The notes under the pieces were generated by a model. That model made no database searches. It was not told the origin of the DNA and was given only the letters and a program-made list of their open reading frames with translations. A stretch of DNA of 64,000 nucleotides from a virus. A program made the position numbers and the translations under genes. Positions 16,890 through 24,122 of the stretch are shown one piece after another; position 1 is the first letter of the stretch; the number at the start of each line of letters is the position of its first letter. The stretch lies in IMG/VR virus record IMGVR_UViG_3300045988_159773; one strand, given 5' to 3'.

Positions 16890-18484
16890 TTCTTACCACC
16901 TTCGAACAGAGAATTATAGTCCGTTCGTTTTGTATTCGTTGCGATTTTACGCTCTTCGTCTCTCGCTTCGTCCTCCCCACCTTCGTCCTGCGGCTCTTCT
17001 TCCGCTGCCTTGTCCGCGCGGCGGCAGAGTTCCAAGTCTCGGTCTTCAAGGTGGAGTCCGAACCCAGTCCTCTTCGATGCTGACTGCAACTCGAGGAACG
17101 CCGACTCGTGCGTCATCACACCCGCATCCATCAGTTCGATGACTGCATCTTTGATGCTCGTCAGCTCTTCCTGCTTCGCTTTCTCCGTCCTGTCGTACAG
17201 AGGAATAAAGTCGAAGTCAAAGTCCTCCATCAGCTCCGTACCCGTAACCTTTGCGCCGAGAATGAGCAATTTGCGTACATTCTTGTAAAGCATCTCATTC
17301 TGCCGCACGCCAATAAAGTTCTCGTACATTCTCGCCTCTGGACTCTCTTCGGAATTGAAAACACCCGTCTTCAAATCGCCGAACAGGTAGAACAGCGGCA
17401 TATTGAACGCACCCGCAACAATCGGTCTGTTTGCGTCGATGAGCTGCGACAGCCCCGAAAAGTTCATCTCGTGCTTTTGGTAGTCGTCTGATGCGTCCAA
17501 CAGCGCAACCCCATTGGAGCTACGGAAACTGTTGATAGCCGCCATCTGACCAGACAGTACCGCGCTTGCCGCCGCATTGCCTCCCGCCAGACCAGTCATA
17601 ACACTGCGAAGTCCTTGCAGTTTGATGATTTCGACTAAGGCTTTGTTCACCAGCGATGCCGAACTGTTCTTCACGTTGGAATAGTTCATAAGGTCTTGCA
17701 GAACCGCCTCAACCTCAGAAACACCCCAGCCCATCAACTGGACTTCAACTAGCCGCACGCTTCTCTTATTCACCCAGCGCAGAACGCGAGTATGGTGCAC
17801 CTTTACAGACTCGCCCACTCCATCAATCTGGAAATTGTAAAACTTCGGCTCGCCGAACGCTGGGTCTTGAAAGTCATCAACCTTCTCCGTGCTTTGCTCC
17901 ACTCCATACCAACGGTCAGTAGTGTAAAAGTTGACACGCGAACCCTTCTTCACTCGGTCAAGTTTCAACGGTTTTGAAAGGTCTTTCTCGCCGTCGTCAA
18001 CCATCATTAAAGTGACAGCACCGCCGAACAGTCTCGCTTGCTCGGTGGCGTAAATCATTTCAGAGTTTTGGCGGGCGAACCAAGTGTATAGGTTCTTCAA
18101 TTTGTTCGGGTCTTCCTGGTCTCGAATTTCGACACCACGCGCCCACATATCCTCAGCGACCTTGTCAACGCCTTTGCGTAATTCCCAGCACGAATGGTAA
18201 AGCGCGGTGAGCTCCGAACGATTGAACGTAATCATGTTCATATCGTAGTAGCCCGCCATCGTGTTCGCCGCGAACGTTCCAGTCTTTTGAATAGGGTTGC
18301 CGAAATAGCCGTCAGCCATCTGAGCTCCAGCTACCACACCCTTTGCAACTGCGTCGTTGAGAGCCACCTCCATATCATGACCAGCCTGTTGCTGGGAATT
18401 CTTAGAGATTGTCCCGCTCACCGAGATGGACTTATCTTTTGACCGTGCAATATTCGCGTCCGCTACCTTGTCTTTTATATCCAT
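16886..18484 (-). CDS. portal protein (DUF1073-like)
   Basis: 532 aa. Central ...WARGVEI...EQARLFGGAVTLMMVDDG... and acidic C-terminus are typical of DUF1073-type portals. Confidence 0.7.
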   Translation of the reverse strand: MDIKDKVADANIARSKDKSISVSGTISKNSQQQAGHDMEVALNDAVAKGVVAGAQMADGYFGNPIQKTGTFAANTMAGYYDMNMITFNRSELTALYHSCWELRKGVDKVAEDMWARGVEIRDQEDPNKLKNLYTWFARQNSEMIYATEQARLFGGAVTLMMVDDGEKDLSKPLKLDRVKKGSRVNFYTTDRWYGVEQSTEKVDDFQDPAFGEPKFYNFQIDGVGESVKVHHTRVLRWVNKRSVRLVEVQLMGWGVSEVEAVLQDLMNYSNVKNSSASLVNKALVEIIKLQGLRSVMTGLAGGNAAASAVLSGQMAAINSFRSSNGVALLDASDDYQKHEMNFSGLSQLIDANRPIVAGAFNMPLFYLFGDLKTGVFNSEESPEARMYENFIGVRQNEMLYKNVRKLLILGAKVTGTELMEDFDFDFIPLYDRTEKAKQEELTSIKDAVIELMDAGVMTHESAFLELQSASKRTGFGLHLEDRDLELCRRADKAAEEEPQDEGGEDEARDEERKIATNTKRTDYNSLFEGGKK

Positions 18485-18501
18485 TCTAAGTCCTCACTAA
18501 A

Positions 18502-18510
18502 TAATATAAC
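18502..18510 (-). promoter_or_regulatory. late-promoter-like motif (GTTATATTA variant)
   Basis: Minus strand AGCCGTTATATTATTTAGTGAGGACTTAGAATG, upstream of the portal gene. Confidence 0.35.
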
Positions 18511-18522
18511 GGCTTCGGTTCC

Positions 18523-19173
18523 TTACTCGTACAGTTTCCGCATCTCTGCAATAAACCTCTTCTTGGTCTCCTTGAACTTCTTCAAGTCAAAGCCGCACAG
18601 ACCATACATGCCATCAAACGAAAAGTTGTTCGCTACGAACAGCCGCCCGAACAGCACAAGGTCAGCGTCCTCCAATTCATCAATCATATCGTACACGTTG
18701 GAAAGGCTCTCGTTATATTCTGCTTCTGAGCCAGTGCCCAGCACCTTCTCCTCAAAGTTCGAGTAGTCCTGCTCGTCCGCGTCCTCATCTTTGACCAAGT
18801 CGCCTATCAATAAAAATGATTGCTTCTCCGCCTTGATTGAATTGTTGATGCGAATGTTCTTCACCATCAGTTGAAAGTATGAAAAGAGTTGCCCGTCAGA
18901 CTCAAAGTACGGAGCAACCTCAGCCAGAACGCACCGAGAAATCAACTTGTGCGCATACAGATATATATCAGCCTCATCGTCATCCGTCCCTCTCACATAG
19001 TGGTTGGTAACCCTTACATACGGTGCCTCGAACCGCTCCCACATTTGCCGCTTCTTTATTTTTCCGTTAGGTTGAACCTCATCATAATAAGAGTTGAGAA
19101 ACTCAGACACCGCCTCAGGTGTCTTTGGCAGATTATATATTTTATTTACAAATTCATTTTGAAAAACCGCCAT
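18523..19173 (-). CDS. hypothetical protein
   Basis: 216-aa ORF. Its ATG lies in the 3' arm of the hairpin at 19161..19195. Confidence 0.55.
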   Translation of the reverse strand: MAVFQNEFVNKIYNLPKTPEAVSEFLNSYYDEVQPNGKIKKRQMWERFEAPYVRVTNHYVRGTDDDEADIYLYAHKLISRCVLAEVAPYFESDGQLFSYFQLMVKNIRINNSIKAEKQSFLLIGDLVKDEDADEQDYSNFEEKVLGTGSEAEYNESLSNVYDMIDELEDADLVLFGRLFVANNFSFDGMYGLCGFDLKKFKETKKRFIAEMRKLYE

Positions 19174-19195
19174 ACTATAGTATGGCGGTTTTATT
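19161..19195 (-). terminator. strong palindromic hairpin / bidirectional terminator overlapping a start codon
   Basis: AAAACCGCCATAC-TATA-GTATGGCGGTTTT, perfect, flanked by A and T runs. Confidence 0.55.
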
Positions 19196-19210
19196 TTGAT
19201 TTGGAGTAAA

Positions 19211-19618
19211 TTAGCCGCGCTTAGTTTGGCTCACGATTTCATCAACTCGTTTATCACCCTCGGCTATGAGTTTTTCGGCTTCTTTCTGTATCTGCTGCTT
19301 CACTTTCTTCCACTCAGCAACGAAACCAGCCAAGCCGTCACGCTTAACGGCGGCAGTGAACTCTTCGCGGCTCTTGATGTTGTTCTGCTTTACATACGCA
19401 GACTCCCACTCAGAATAGAGTCGTCTTGCAACTTCTCCGCGCTCCACAGTCCAGAGGTATTTTGCCGCCTCGACCGCTTCTCGCGAATCAAAATCTTTGA
19501 CCGCAACGCCACGCGCGATAGAGTCCTTTATATCTTTTGCCTGACGAACAGCGTCGACCTCTTTGTCAGCCGTGATTAAAAGTTCAATGCCATCGTTCAA
19601 GGTAACTTTGTATTTCAT
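19211..19618 (-). CDS. hypothetical protein
   Basis: 135-aa ORF, ATG after GGTAGGAG. Confidence 0.6.
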   Translation of the reverse strand: MKYKVTLNDGIELLITADKEVDAVRQAKDIKDSIARGVAVKDFDSREAVEAAKYLWTVERGEVARRLYSEWESAYVKQNNIKSREEFTAAVKRDGLAGFVAEWKKVKQQIQKEAEKLIAEGDKRVDEIVSQTKRG

Positions 19619-19636
19619 AATCGATTCACTCCTACC

Positions 19637-19645
19637 TAAAATAAC
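19637..19645 (-). promoter_or_regulatory. late-promoter-like motif GTTATTTTA
   Basis: Minus strand GTACGTTATTTTAGGTAGGAGTGAATCGATTATG. Confidence 0.45.
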
Positions 19646-19648
19646 GTA

Positions 19649-20518
19649 CTAGTTTCGTCCTCGGATAAAAATCAGAGTACCGCCGTCCCCGTACGCGTAT
19701 TCGAGTTCCGCCCCACTCTTAAGTATGACAGTCATACCGTCGCTGCGTGGACGGAGCGATGCCCCCACGTAGTGACTTTTAAGCTCTCCAATGCTTCCGA
19801 AAGAGCCTTTTGCCATATAATCCGAGAAAGCCGAATCACCAATGCCGTACACAGACTTCAACATCTCCGCCGCAACCCTGCGAGCCTCGTCCTCGGTGGT
19901 GAACACCGTCTTCTCGGCGAACGGAGTAGAGCTGAACTTGATGAATCCATTCGGACTGTATCTCGTCCACCATCCCTTGTCCGATGTGATTGCCCAGCCC
20001 CCGTCAACCTTGACAACATTACCTGCGGCGGGCGCGTCCTTGATTACCTTTGGAACTTCGTCACCCCACAGCGACTTGTTGAACAGCGTGGTGACGAAAA
20101 ACTCGCCAGCGGGAACCTTAGACCCGAACCGAACCTCGGTGCCGTTTTCCTTATAGGTCTCGCCGTTCGGTGCCTTAAAATAGTAGTACCCAGACGGAGC
20201 CTGGTGCATACGCCACTTTTTAGTAGGGCGTGCATCCTGCACAGGCTGCTCACCCTCAGTTGGAAAGTCGGAATTATCCACCGAGTCCGTGCCCACGATT
20301 TTGGCAGTAGAGTGCTTATTGAAAATCTTGCTCAAATCGCTGATGTGGTCGATTTCTGCATTGCGAAGTCGCTCCAGCTCAATGCGGTCAGACTCGTCCC
20401 AATCGCACGCCTTCAAAACTTTATCATAGCCCGAAATTGCTTCGGTTTCGTCAACAATGAGAAAATTCAAAGCGTCGCGCTTTGTCATTCCTTTCTCGAT
20501 AATTTCTTCTTTATCCAT
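19649..20518 (-). CDS. hypothetical protein sharing a C-terminal domain with 10304..11917
   Basis: ORF 19649..20530. ATG at 20518 is 6 nt after GGAGG (AATGGAGGCTCAGATGGAT). C-terminus SFGSIGELKSHYVGAS...LKSGAELEYAYGDGGTLIFIRGRN. Confidence 0.6.
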   Translation of the reverse strand: MDKEEIIEKGMTKRDALNFLIVDETEAISGYDKVLKACDWDESDRIELERLRNAEIDHISDLSKIFNKHSTAKIVGTDSVDNSDFPTEGEQPVQDARPTKKWRMHQAPSGYYYFKAPNGETYKENGTEVRFGSKVPAGEFFVTTLFNKSLWGDEVPKVIKDAPAAGNVVKVDGGWAITSDKGWWTRYSPNGFIKFSSTPFAEKTVFTTEDEARRVAAEMLKSVYGIGDSAFSDYMAKGSFGSIGELKSHYVGASLRPRSDGMTVILKSGAELEYAYGDGGTLIFIRGRN

Positions 20519-20533
20519 CTGAGCCTCCATTTA

Positions 20534-20543
20534 TTAAAATAAC
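20534..20543 (-). promoter_or_regulatory. late-promoter-like motif GTTATTTTAA
   Basis: Minus strand CTTGGTTATTTTAATAAATGGAGGCTCAGATG. Confidence 0.45.
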
Positions 20544-20554
20544 CAAGTAGCCGC

Positions 20555-20782
20555 TCACTTCTTGCGTCTGAGAATTGAAACCAGCTCACGAGAGGACACC
20601 AGCACCGCACCAGCGGCGAGAGCCGTGTTTAACTTGCGTTTCGTTGTCAAGTCGTAATGCGGGTGTCGATGCTCTGGCGCGTCCTGATACCATTCGCAGT
20701 GCATACCGATTGACAACGCAAAAGCGTGAAGTACTTCTTCACGCTCATCGCTTATCAAGTGAACGCCGTCGGTGTAAATCAT
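20555..20782 (-). CDS. DUF4031 family protein
   Basis: 75 aa. HLISDEREEVLHAFALSIGMHCEWYQ...HPHYDLTTKRKLNTALAAGA fits the DUF4031 pattern (H.I.D..eL..fA..iG....w.q...HYDl..kr..A...GA). Confidence 0.65.
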   Translation of the reverse strand: MIYTDGVHLISDEREEVLHAFALSIGMHCEWYQDAPEHRHPHYDLTTKRKLNTALAAGAVLVSSRELVSILRRKK

Positions 20783-20901
20783 TTGTCGAACTCTTCCATC
20801 TCCTGAAAGATTTGCTCCTGCGCTTGCGGAGTAAGGGCAAGCTCGTAGATTGCGTCCCCGTTATCCGCTTCCGTTATTCCGATCAGTTTTACACCGACCA
20901 T
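20779..20901 (-). CDS. small hypothetical protein (40 aa)
   Basis: Below the ORF-track cutoff. ATG at 20901 after GAGGTTGGT. MVGVKLIGITEADNGDAIYELALTPQAQEQIFQEMEEFDK. ATGA overlap with the DUF4031 gene. Confidence 0.4.
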   Translation of the reverse strand: MVGVKLIGITEADNGDAIYELALTPQAQEQIFQEMEEFDK

Positions 20902-20908
20902 ACCAACC

Positions 20909-21058
20909 TCACTTGTCTTTGGCGAGCCATTTGCGCTCGCACTTTTCACAGCTCCTGCCGTAGTAGTAAATCTCCTCCGCAGTCAGAACACGATAGCAGT
21001 GACAGCATCGTGGCTTCCTGCTGAACTTCGAGATGACCCACCGAAAAAACTTGCACAT
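20909..21058 (-). CDS. small zinc-ribbon protein (49 aa)
   Basis: Below the ORF-track cutoff. ATG at 21058 after GGCAGGAGGAACGAAT. MCKFFRWVISKFSRKPRCCHCYRVLTAEEIYYYGRSCEKCERKWLAKDK. Confidence 0.45.
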   Translation of the reverse strand: MCKFFRWVISKFSRKPRCCHCYRVLTAEEIYYYGRSCEKCERKWLAKDK

Positions 21059-21091
21059 ATTCGTTCCTCCTGCCTTCAAGTATGTATACAG

Positions 21092-21640
21092 TTAATCAAA
21101 CGTTGGGTCTTCGATTTGTTTCTCTTGTTCGGCGGGGTCATCGAACGGCGGCAGAACATACCCGCGAGCGCGGTCACGTTGCATACACCTCAGCATAGAA
21201 GATAGAATGACTTCCTTGTCCGCCCGCAGTTCAACCTTTCTACACGACTTTATGCAATGCAGGGAACGCAACCCATCAATGAACTCCGCGCGGTATTGAA
21301 CGCCTCGTGGCGTCTGTTCGGAAATCTGCTCCGCTCGGTCAATCGCCACGTACACGCCGACGTGCTTCGGAATATCGTCCTTGACTTTTTCATAGACCGA
21401 CAACGGCATTACAAAATAATTCCTGTTGCCAATAAAGGTCCATGCGTGACCAGAGCGAAAGTCCGCGACAGAGGACTTAATCTCGTAACACACCGTCTCG
21501 CGGTTGCAGTTGTACATAATGCAGTCCACAACCTCACTGCCGTACCACCCGATGGTGCATTCGAATGTATAGAACTCAGAGCGACTCGTAAAAAGTCGCT
21601 CTAAAAGTTGCTCCAATTTTCTCGTAATAAAGCTCTTCAC
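21092..21640 (-). CDS. PD-(D/E)XK nuclease-fold protein (MmcB-like)
   Basis: 182 aa, GTG start after GAGG. VVDCIMY...CYEIKSSVADF resembles the D...E.K core of MmcB-type proteins. Confidence 0.45.
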   Translation of the reverse strand: MKSFITRKLEQLLERLFTSRSEFYTFECTIGWYGSEVVDCIMYNCNRETVCYEIKSSVADFRSGHAWTFIGNRNYFVMPLSVYEKVKDDIPKHVGVYVAIDRAEQISEQTPRGVQYRAEFIDGLRSLHCIKSCRKVELRADKEVILSSMLRCMQRDRARGYVLPPFDDPAEQEKQIEDPTFD

Positions 21641-21643
21641 AAA

Positions 21644-22414
21644 TTACCTCGGTTTATGAATTGGCGGGTCTACTCTCCTTTCGCGAGGGTGGAAACCCTG
21701 GTCTGGGTCGCTAACGCTGTACCCCTCGCAATCCTCGTACGTTCCTTGAAAGCCGACCGAAACCAACTTCGGCGGGTACTTCATATAGAACTCGCGGTGC
21801 GTTTCGGGTCGTTTCCAATAGTCCAACACGCCCTCAGCCTCAAGCCGCTTCTTCGCCGCCTCCACTTCCTCATTATAAAGATAAATGCCAAGCGTTCGAT
21901 TGTGCGAGGTGTAACGGCTGTGTTCGGGCATCATCGGCATGACGTCCCCGTCATAGAGCAAACCCTGCGCGGGGTGCGGAATGTACTTGGTCTCGCGGTC
22001 AAAGCAGTTCTCTTCGAACGGAATGTTGTCAAGCGGCGCGGAAATAAGGAACTTGCGCTTCTCAAACTTGTACATAGGTCGCAACTCGTGGGTGATAATG
22101 AACTTGCGCCCGTTCTCTTTCCAGATTTCGGGTAGCCACTTGCTCTCGTCACTTCCAAGGTTGAGAGTGACCTCCGCGCCGACCTTGAACTCCTTTTCCT
22201 GTCGCGTGCTGTTCGTGCTCATCGGCTTCACAGCCTCGTGATTCCAAAACGCCAGAATCTCGTGAATGTCATATTTGGCGCACGAATGCTCGTCCGCGTG
22301 CGGTCCGAGGTCTCCGTAATCCTGATAATGGTCGCGGATAAACCCGCCGCCGAACTCCTTAGGAATAAGGAACTTGAACGCGCACCCGCCGTAGATGTTT
22401 TCGTACTTGCCCAA
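21644..22414 (-). CDS. hypothetical protein (TTG start as drawn; consensus SD-ATG lies in frame upstream but is separated by TAG)
   Basis: 256-aa ORF starting at TTG 22414 with no SD. AAAGGAGGATTGAACAAATG at 22447 is in the same frame; TAG at 22430-22432. Confidence 0.5.
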   Translation of the reverse strand: MGKYENIYGGCAFKFLIPKEFGGGFIRDHYQDYGDLGPHADEHSCAKYDIHEILAFWNHEAVKPMSTNSTRQEKEFKVGAEVTLNLGSDESKWLPEIWKENGRKFIITHELRPMYKFEKRKFLISAPLDNIPFEENCFDRETKYIPHPAQGLLYDGDVMPMMPEHSRYTSHNRTLGIYLYNEEVEAAKKRLEAEGVLDYWKRPETHREFYMKYPPKLVSVGFQGTYEDCEGYSVSDPDQGFHPRERRVDPPIHKPR

Positions 22415-22489
22415 CTTGTCCGCTCTGTTCTAACTGAAACTGCCCATTTGTTCAATCCTCCTTTGATGGTTACGTATACGCCAGACCGC

Positions 22490-22756
22490 TCAATCCTTTG
22501 CGCTCTCCACCCGTAAGACCTCAATGCAGTCCTCGCCGTTTTTGCCCGCGACTTGCAACGCGAACCGAGCAACACCCAGAGAGGTCAGCATACTCGAAAA
22601 CTGCCGCAATTTCTCCATCTGCTGCGCGTCGTACCCGTCAGCCCGAACGGTGAAAATGTACAGCATATTCGGATTGTTCAGTTCAATGCCCTGAGTCCGA
22701 ATAAGCCTCTTTTTGATATCTCCGTACCGCTTTCTCATTCTTTTTCCGATCTCCAT
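22490..22756 (-). CDS. hypothetical protein
   Basis: 88-aa ORF. The alternative ATG at 22738 forms an ATGA overlap with the upstream stop. Confidence 0.5.
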   Translation of the reverse strand: MEIGKRMRKRYGDIKKRLIRTQGIELNNPNMLYIFTVRADGYDAQQMEKLRQFSSMLTSLGVARFALQVAGKNGEDCIEVLRVESAKD

Positions 22757-23064
22757 ATGATTTTGAGGTAGTTACACCCAAGACCGTCGAACGTGTAACC
22801 AAGTGGCTTGAAATGCGATATTAAGGCTTCTCGCAAAGTGTCTTCTATTTCATCAATCGACAGCGCGATTCCGTCGGTAAACTCCGATCCGCACAGGTTT
22901 GGCGAGTCACACGAGAACGCCCCGCGCTCAACCGCTTCCTCAATGTTTTTCTCGGTCTGGTCAATTGCACGCTCGATTGAATCGTTCAGCAACTTCTCAA
23001 GCCGCTCCTGAGACCGCTTCGAAATCTCTCTTGCCCGCATATTTGCCTCACTTGCGTTCAACAT
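22735..23064 (-). CDS. hypothetical protein
   Basis: ORF 22735..23091. ATG at 23064 is 7 nt after GGAGGG (MLNASEANMRAREISK...). Confidence 0.55.
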   Translation of the reverse strand: MLNASEANMRAREISKRSQERLEKLLNDSIERAIDQTEKNIEEAVERGAFSCDSPNLCGSEFTDGIALSIDEIEDTLREALISHFKPLGYTFDGLGCNYLKIIWRSEKE

Positions 23065-23167
23065 CCTTATCCCTCCTCTTTCCGTCCTCATAGACCTCTT
23101 ATGCCAAGTTCCACATTTTGCACAATTTCTCGACCAGTGTTCTTGCTCCTTTTATTCAGCAATCTGT

Positions 23168-23473
23168 TTATACACCTTTTTTATCTCCTTTCAAATCCGC
23201 CTGACGCATTTCGGCGGCGAGTTCTTTTATAATATGTATAACATCAACGCCTTCGTAGTCGCTGGTCGGACAGATATTTGTAGTAATCAAATCTAAAAAC
23301 TCATCAATAACATCGCTTGCTTTGCGGTAGCTCTGGTTGTATAATCTTGTTGCACAATTGTGGTCTCTGCATGTGTCTTTTTCGTAGCAATTGCTGCAAC
23401 TTTTGTTTCCGCAAACGATGTTAAAATACATCGCTTTCGCCATTTTCTCAATCTGCTCTTGTTTGTCTTTCAT
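23168..23473 (-). CDS. Cys-rich hypothetical protein
   Basis: 101 aa, ATG after GAGGAAG. CGNKSCSNCYEKDTCRDHNC. Confidence 0.55.
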   Translation of the reverse strand: MKDKQEQIEKMAKAMYFNIVCGNKSCSNCYEKDTCRDHNCATRLYNQSYRKASDVIDEFLDLITTNICPTSDYEGVDVIHIIKELAAEMRQADLKGDKKGV

Positions 23474-23547
23474 TTTTGTTCTTCCTCATAAAGCATATGC
23501 GTACCGTCGGAGTTTAGCAATACAGTAAGACTGCCCGCGCTTCATAA

Positions 23548-23982
23548 TCATTTCCCGTTTCCAATCGTGTATTTCTTATACTCGATGATTTTAAACGTCG
23601 GGATTGCCTTAGTAGAACCCCAGCACCGACACTTGAAAAACGCCTCACTGTGGTCAAACGTCTCAATGACGTCGGCTTCGTCCAGCTCCACAGTAAGGAC
23701 TAGCACCTCACCCTGCATACCGTGAACCAGAGCGAATTTGAGACAATCCTCTGGCTTCTCACACAAGTACACCAACTTCTCCATGTTGCGGAGCTCAAGC
23801 CCGTTGCAGACAATTGAGTCCAAGTTGGATAGTTCTGTCACATGATAATAAGTCTTCTTTGCGAACGCGCCGAGAACCGCGTCCCAGCGTTCGTGTTGCA
23901 CAACATGCATAGCATTGCAGTATTTACACTTCATTCCCATCTTCGTCTTCTTCGCGGTATCCACATAGGGCTGTTTCGCCAT
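23548..23982 (-). CDS. small ADP-ribosyltransferase-fold-like protein (Tpt1/KptA C-domain or DarT-like), uncertain
   Basis: 144 aa. YYHVTELSNLDSIVCNGL...VYLCEKPEDCLKFALVHGMQGEVLVLTVELDEADV parallels the H-x-T / SIL..GL / vHLs / hG.pvvL.vd pattern of Tpt1/KptA and the DarT N-motif. The alternative start at 23934 makes an ATGA overlap. Confidence 0.3.
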   Translation of the reverse strand: MAKQPYVDTAKKTKMGMKCKYCNAMHVVQHERWDAVLGAFAKKTYYHVTELSNLDSIVCNGLELRNMEKLVYLCEKPEDCLKFALVHGMQGEVLVLTVELDEADVIETFDHSEAFFKCRCWGSTKAIPTFKIIEYKKYTIGNGK

Positions 23983-24119
23983 TTGTTGCGCGGTGGGGCA
24001 TTGACAACCTCAACACCAGCCGCCTTCCAACCGAGATACTTCTCGCACTTTGCGTGACACCCTATTGAACGCTCTTTGCAGTCCTTACAAGGACACACTC
24101 CTGGATATATCTTTGCCAT
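23931..24119 (-). CDS. small Cys-rich protein
   Basis: 62 aa, ATG start. CPCKDCKERSIGCHAKCEKYLGW. Confidence 0.45.
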   Translation of the reverse strand: MAKIYPGVCPCKDCKERSIGCHAKCEKYLGWKAAGVEVVNAPPRNKWRNSPMWIPRRRRRWE

Positions 24120-24122
24120 ATA

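Noticed and set aside
22430-22432. Genome-wide reassignment of TAG (code 15-like recoding)
   Set aside because: TAG is used as the terminator of several well-delimited genes (41251, 46305, 19649, 58201), each followed by its own SD-ATG or terminator. No CUA-anticodon tRNA is present in this window.
22228-22575. ORF 22228..22575 (115 aa) and similar overlapping minus-strand ORFs (2183..2419, 5151..5360, 13144..13626, 14514..14849, 40417..40764, 45341..45610)
   Set aside because: They are out-of-frame overlaps of longer, better-supported genes on the same strand. Their composition is Arg/Ser-rich and they lack SD sites.
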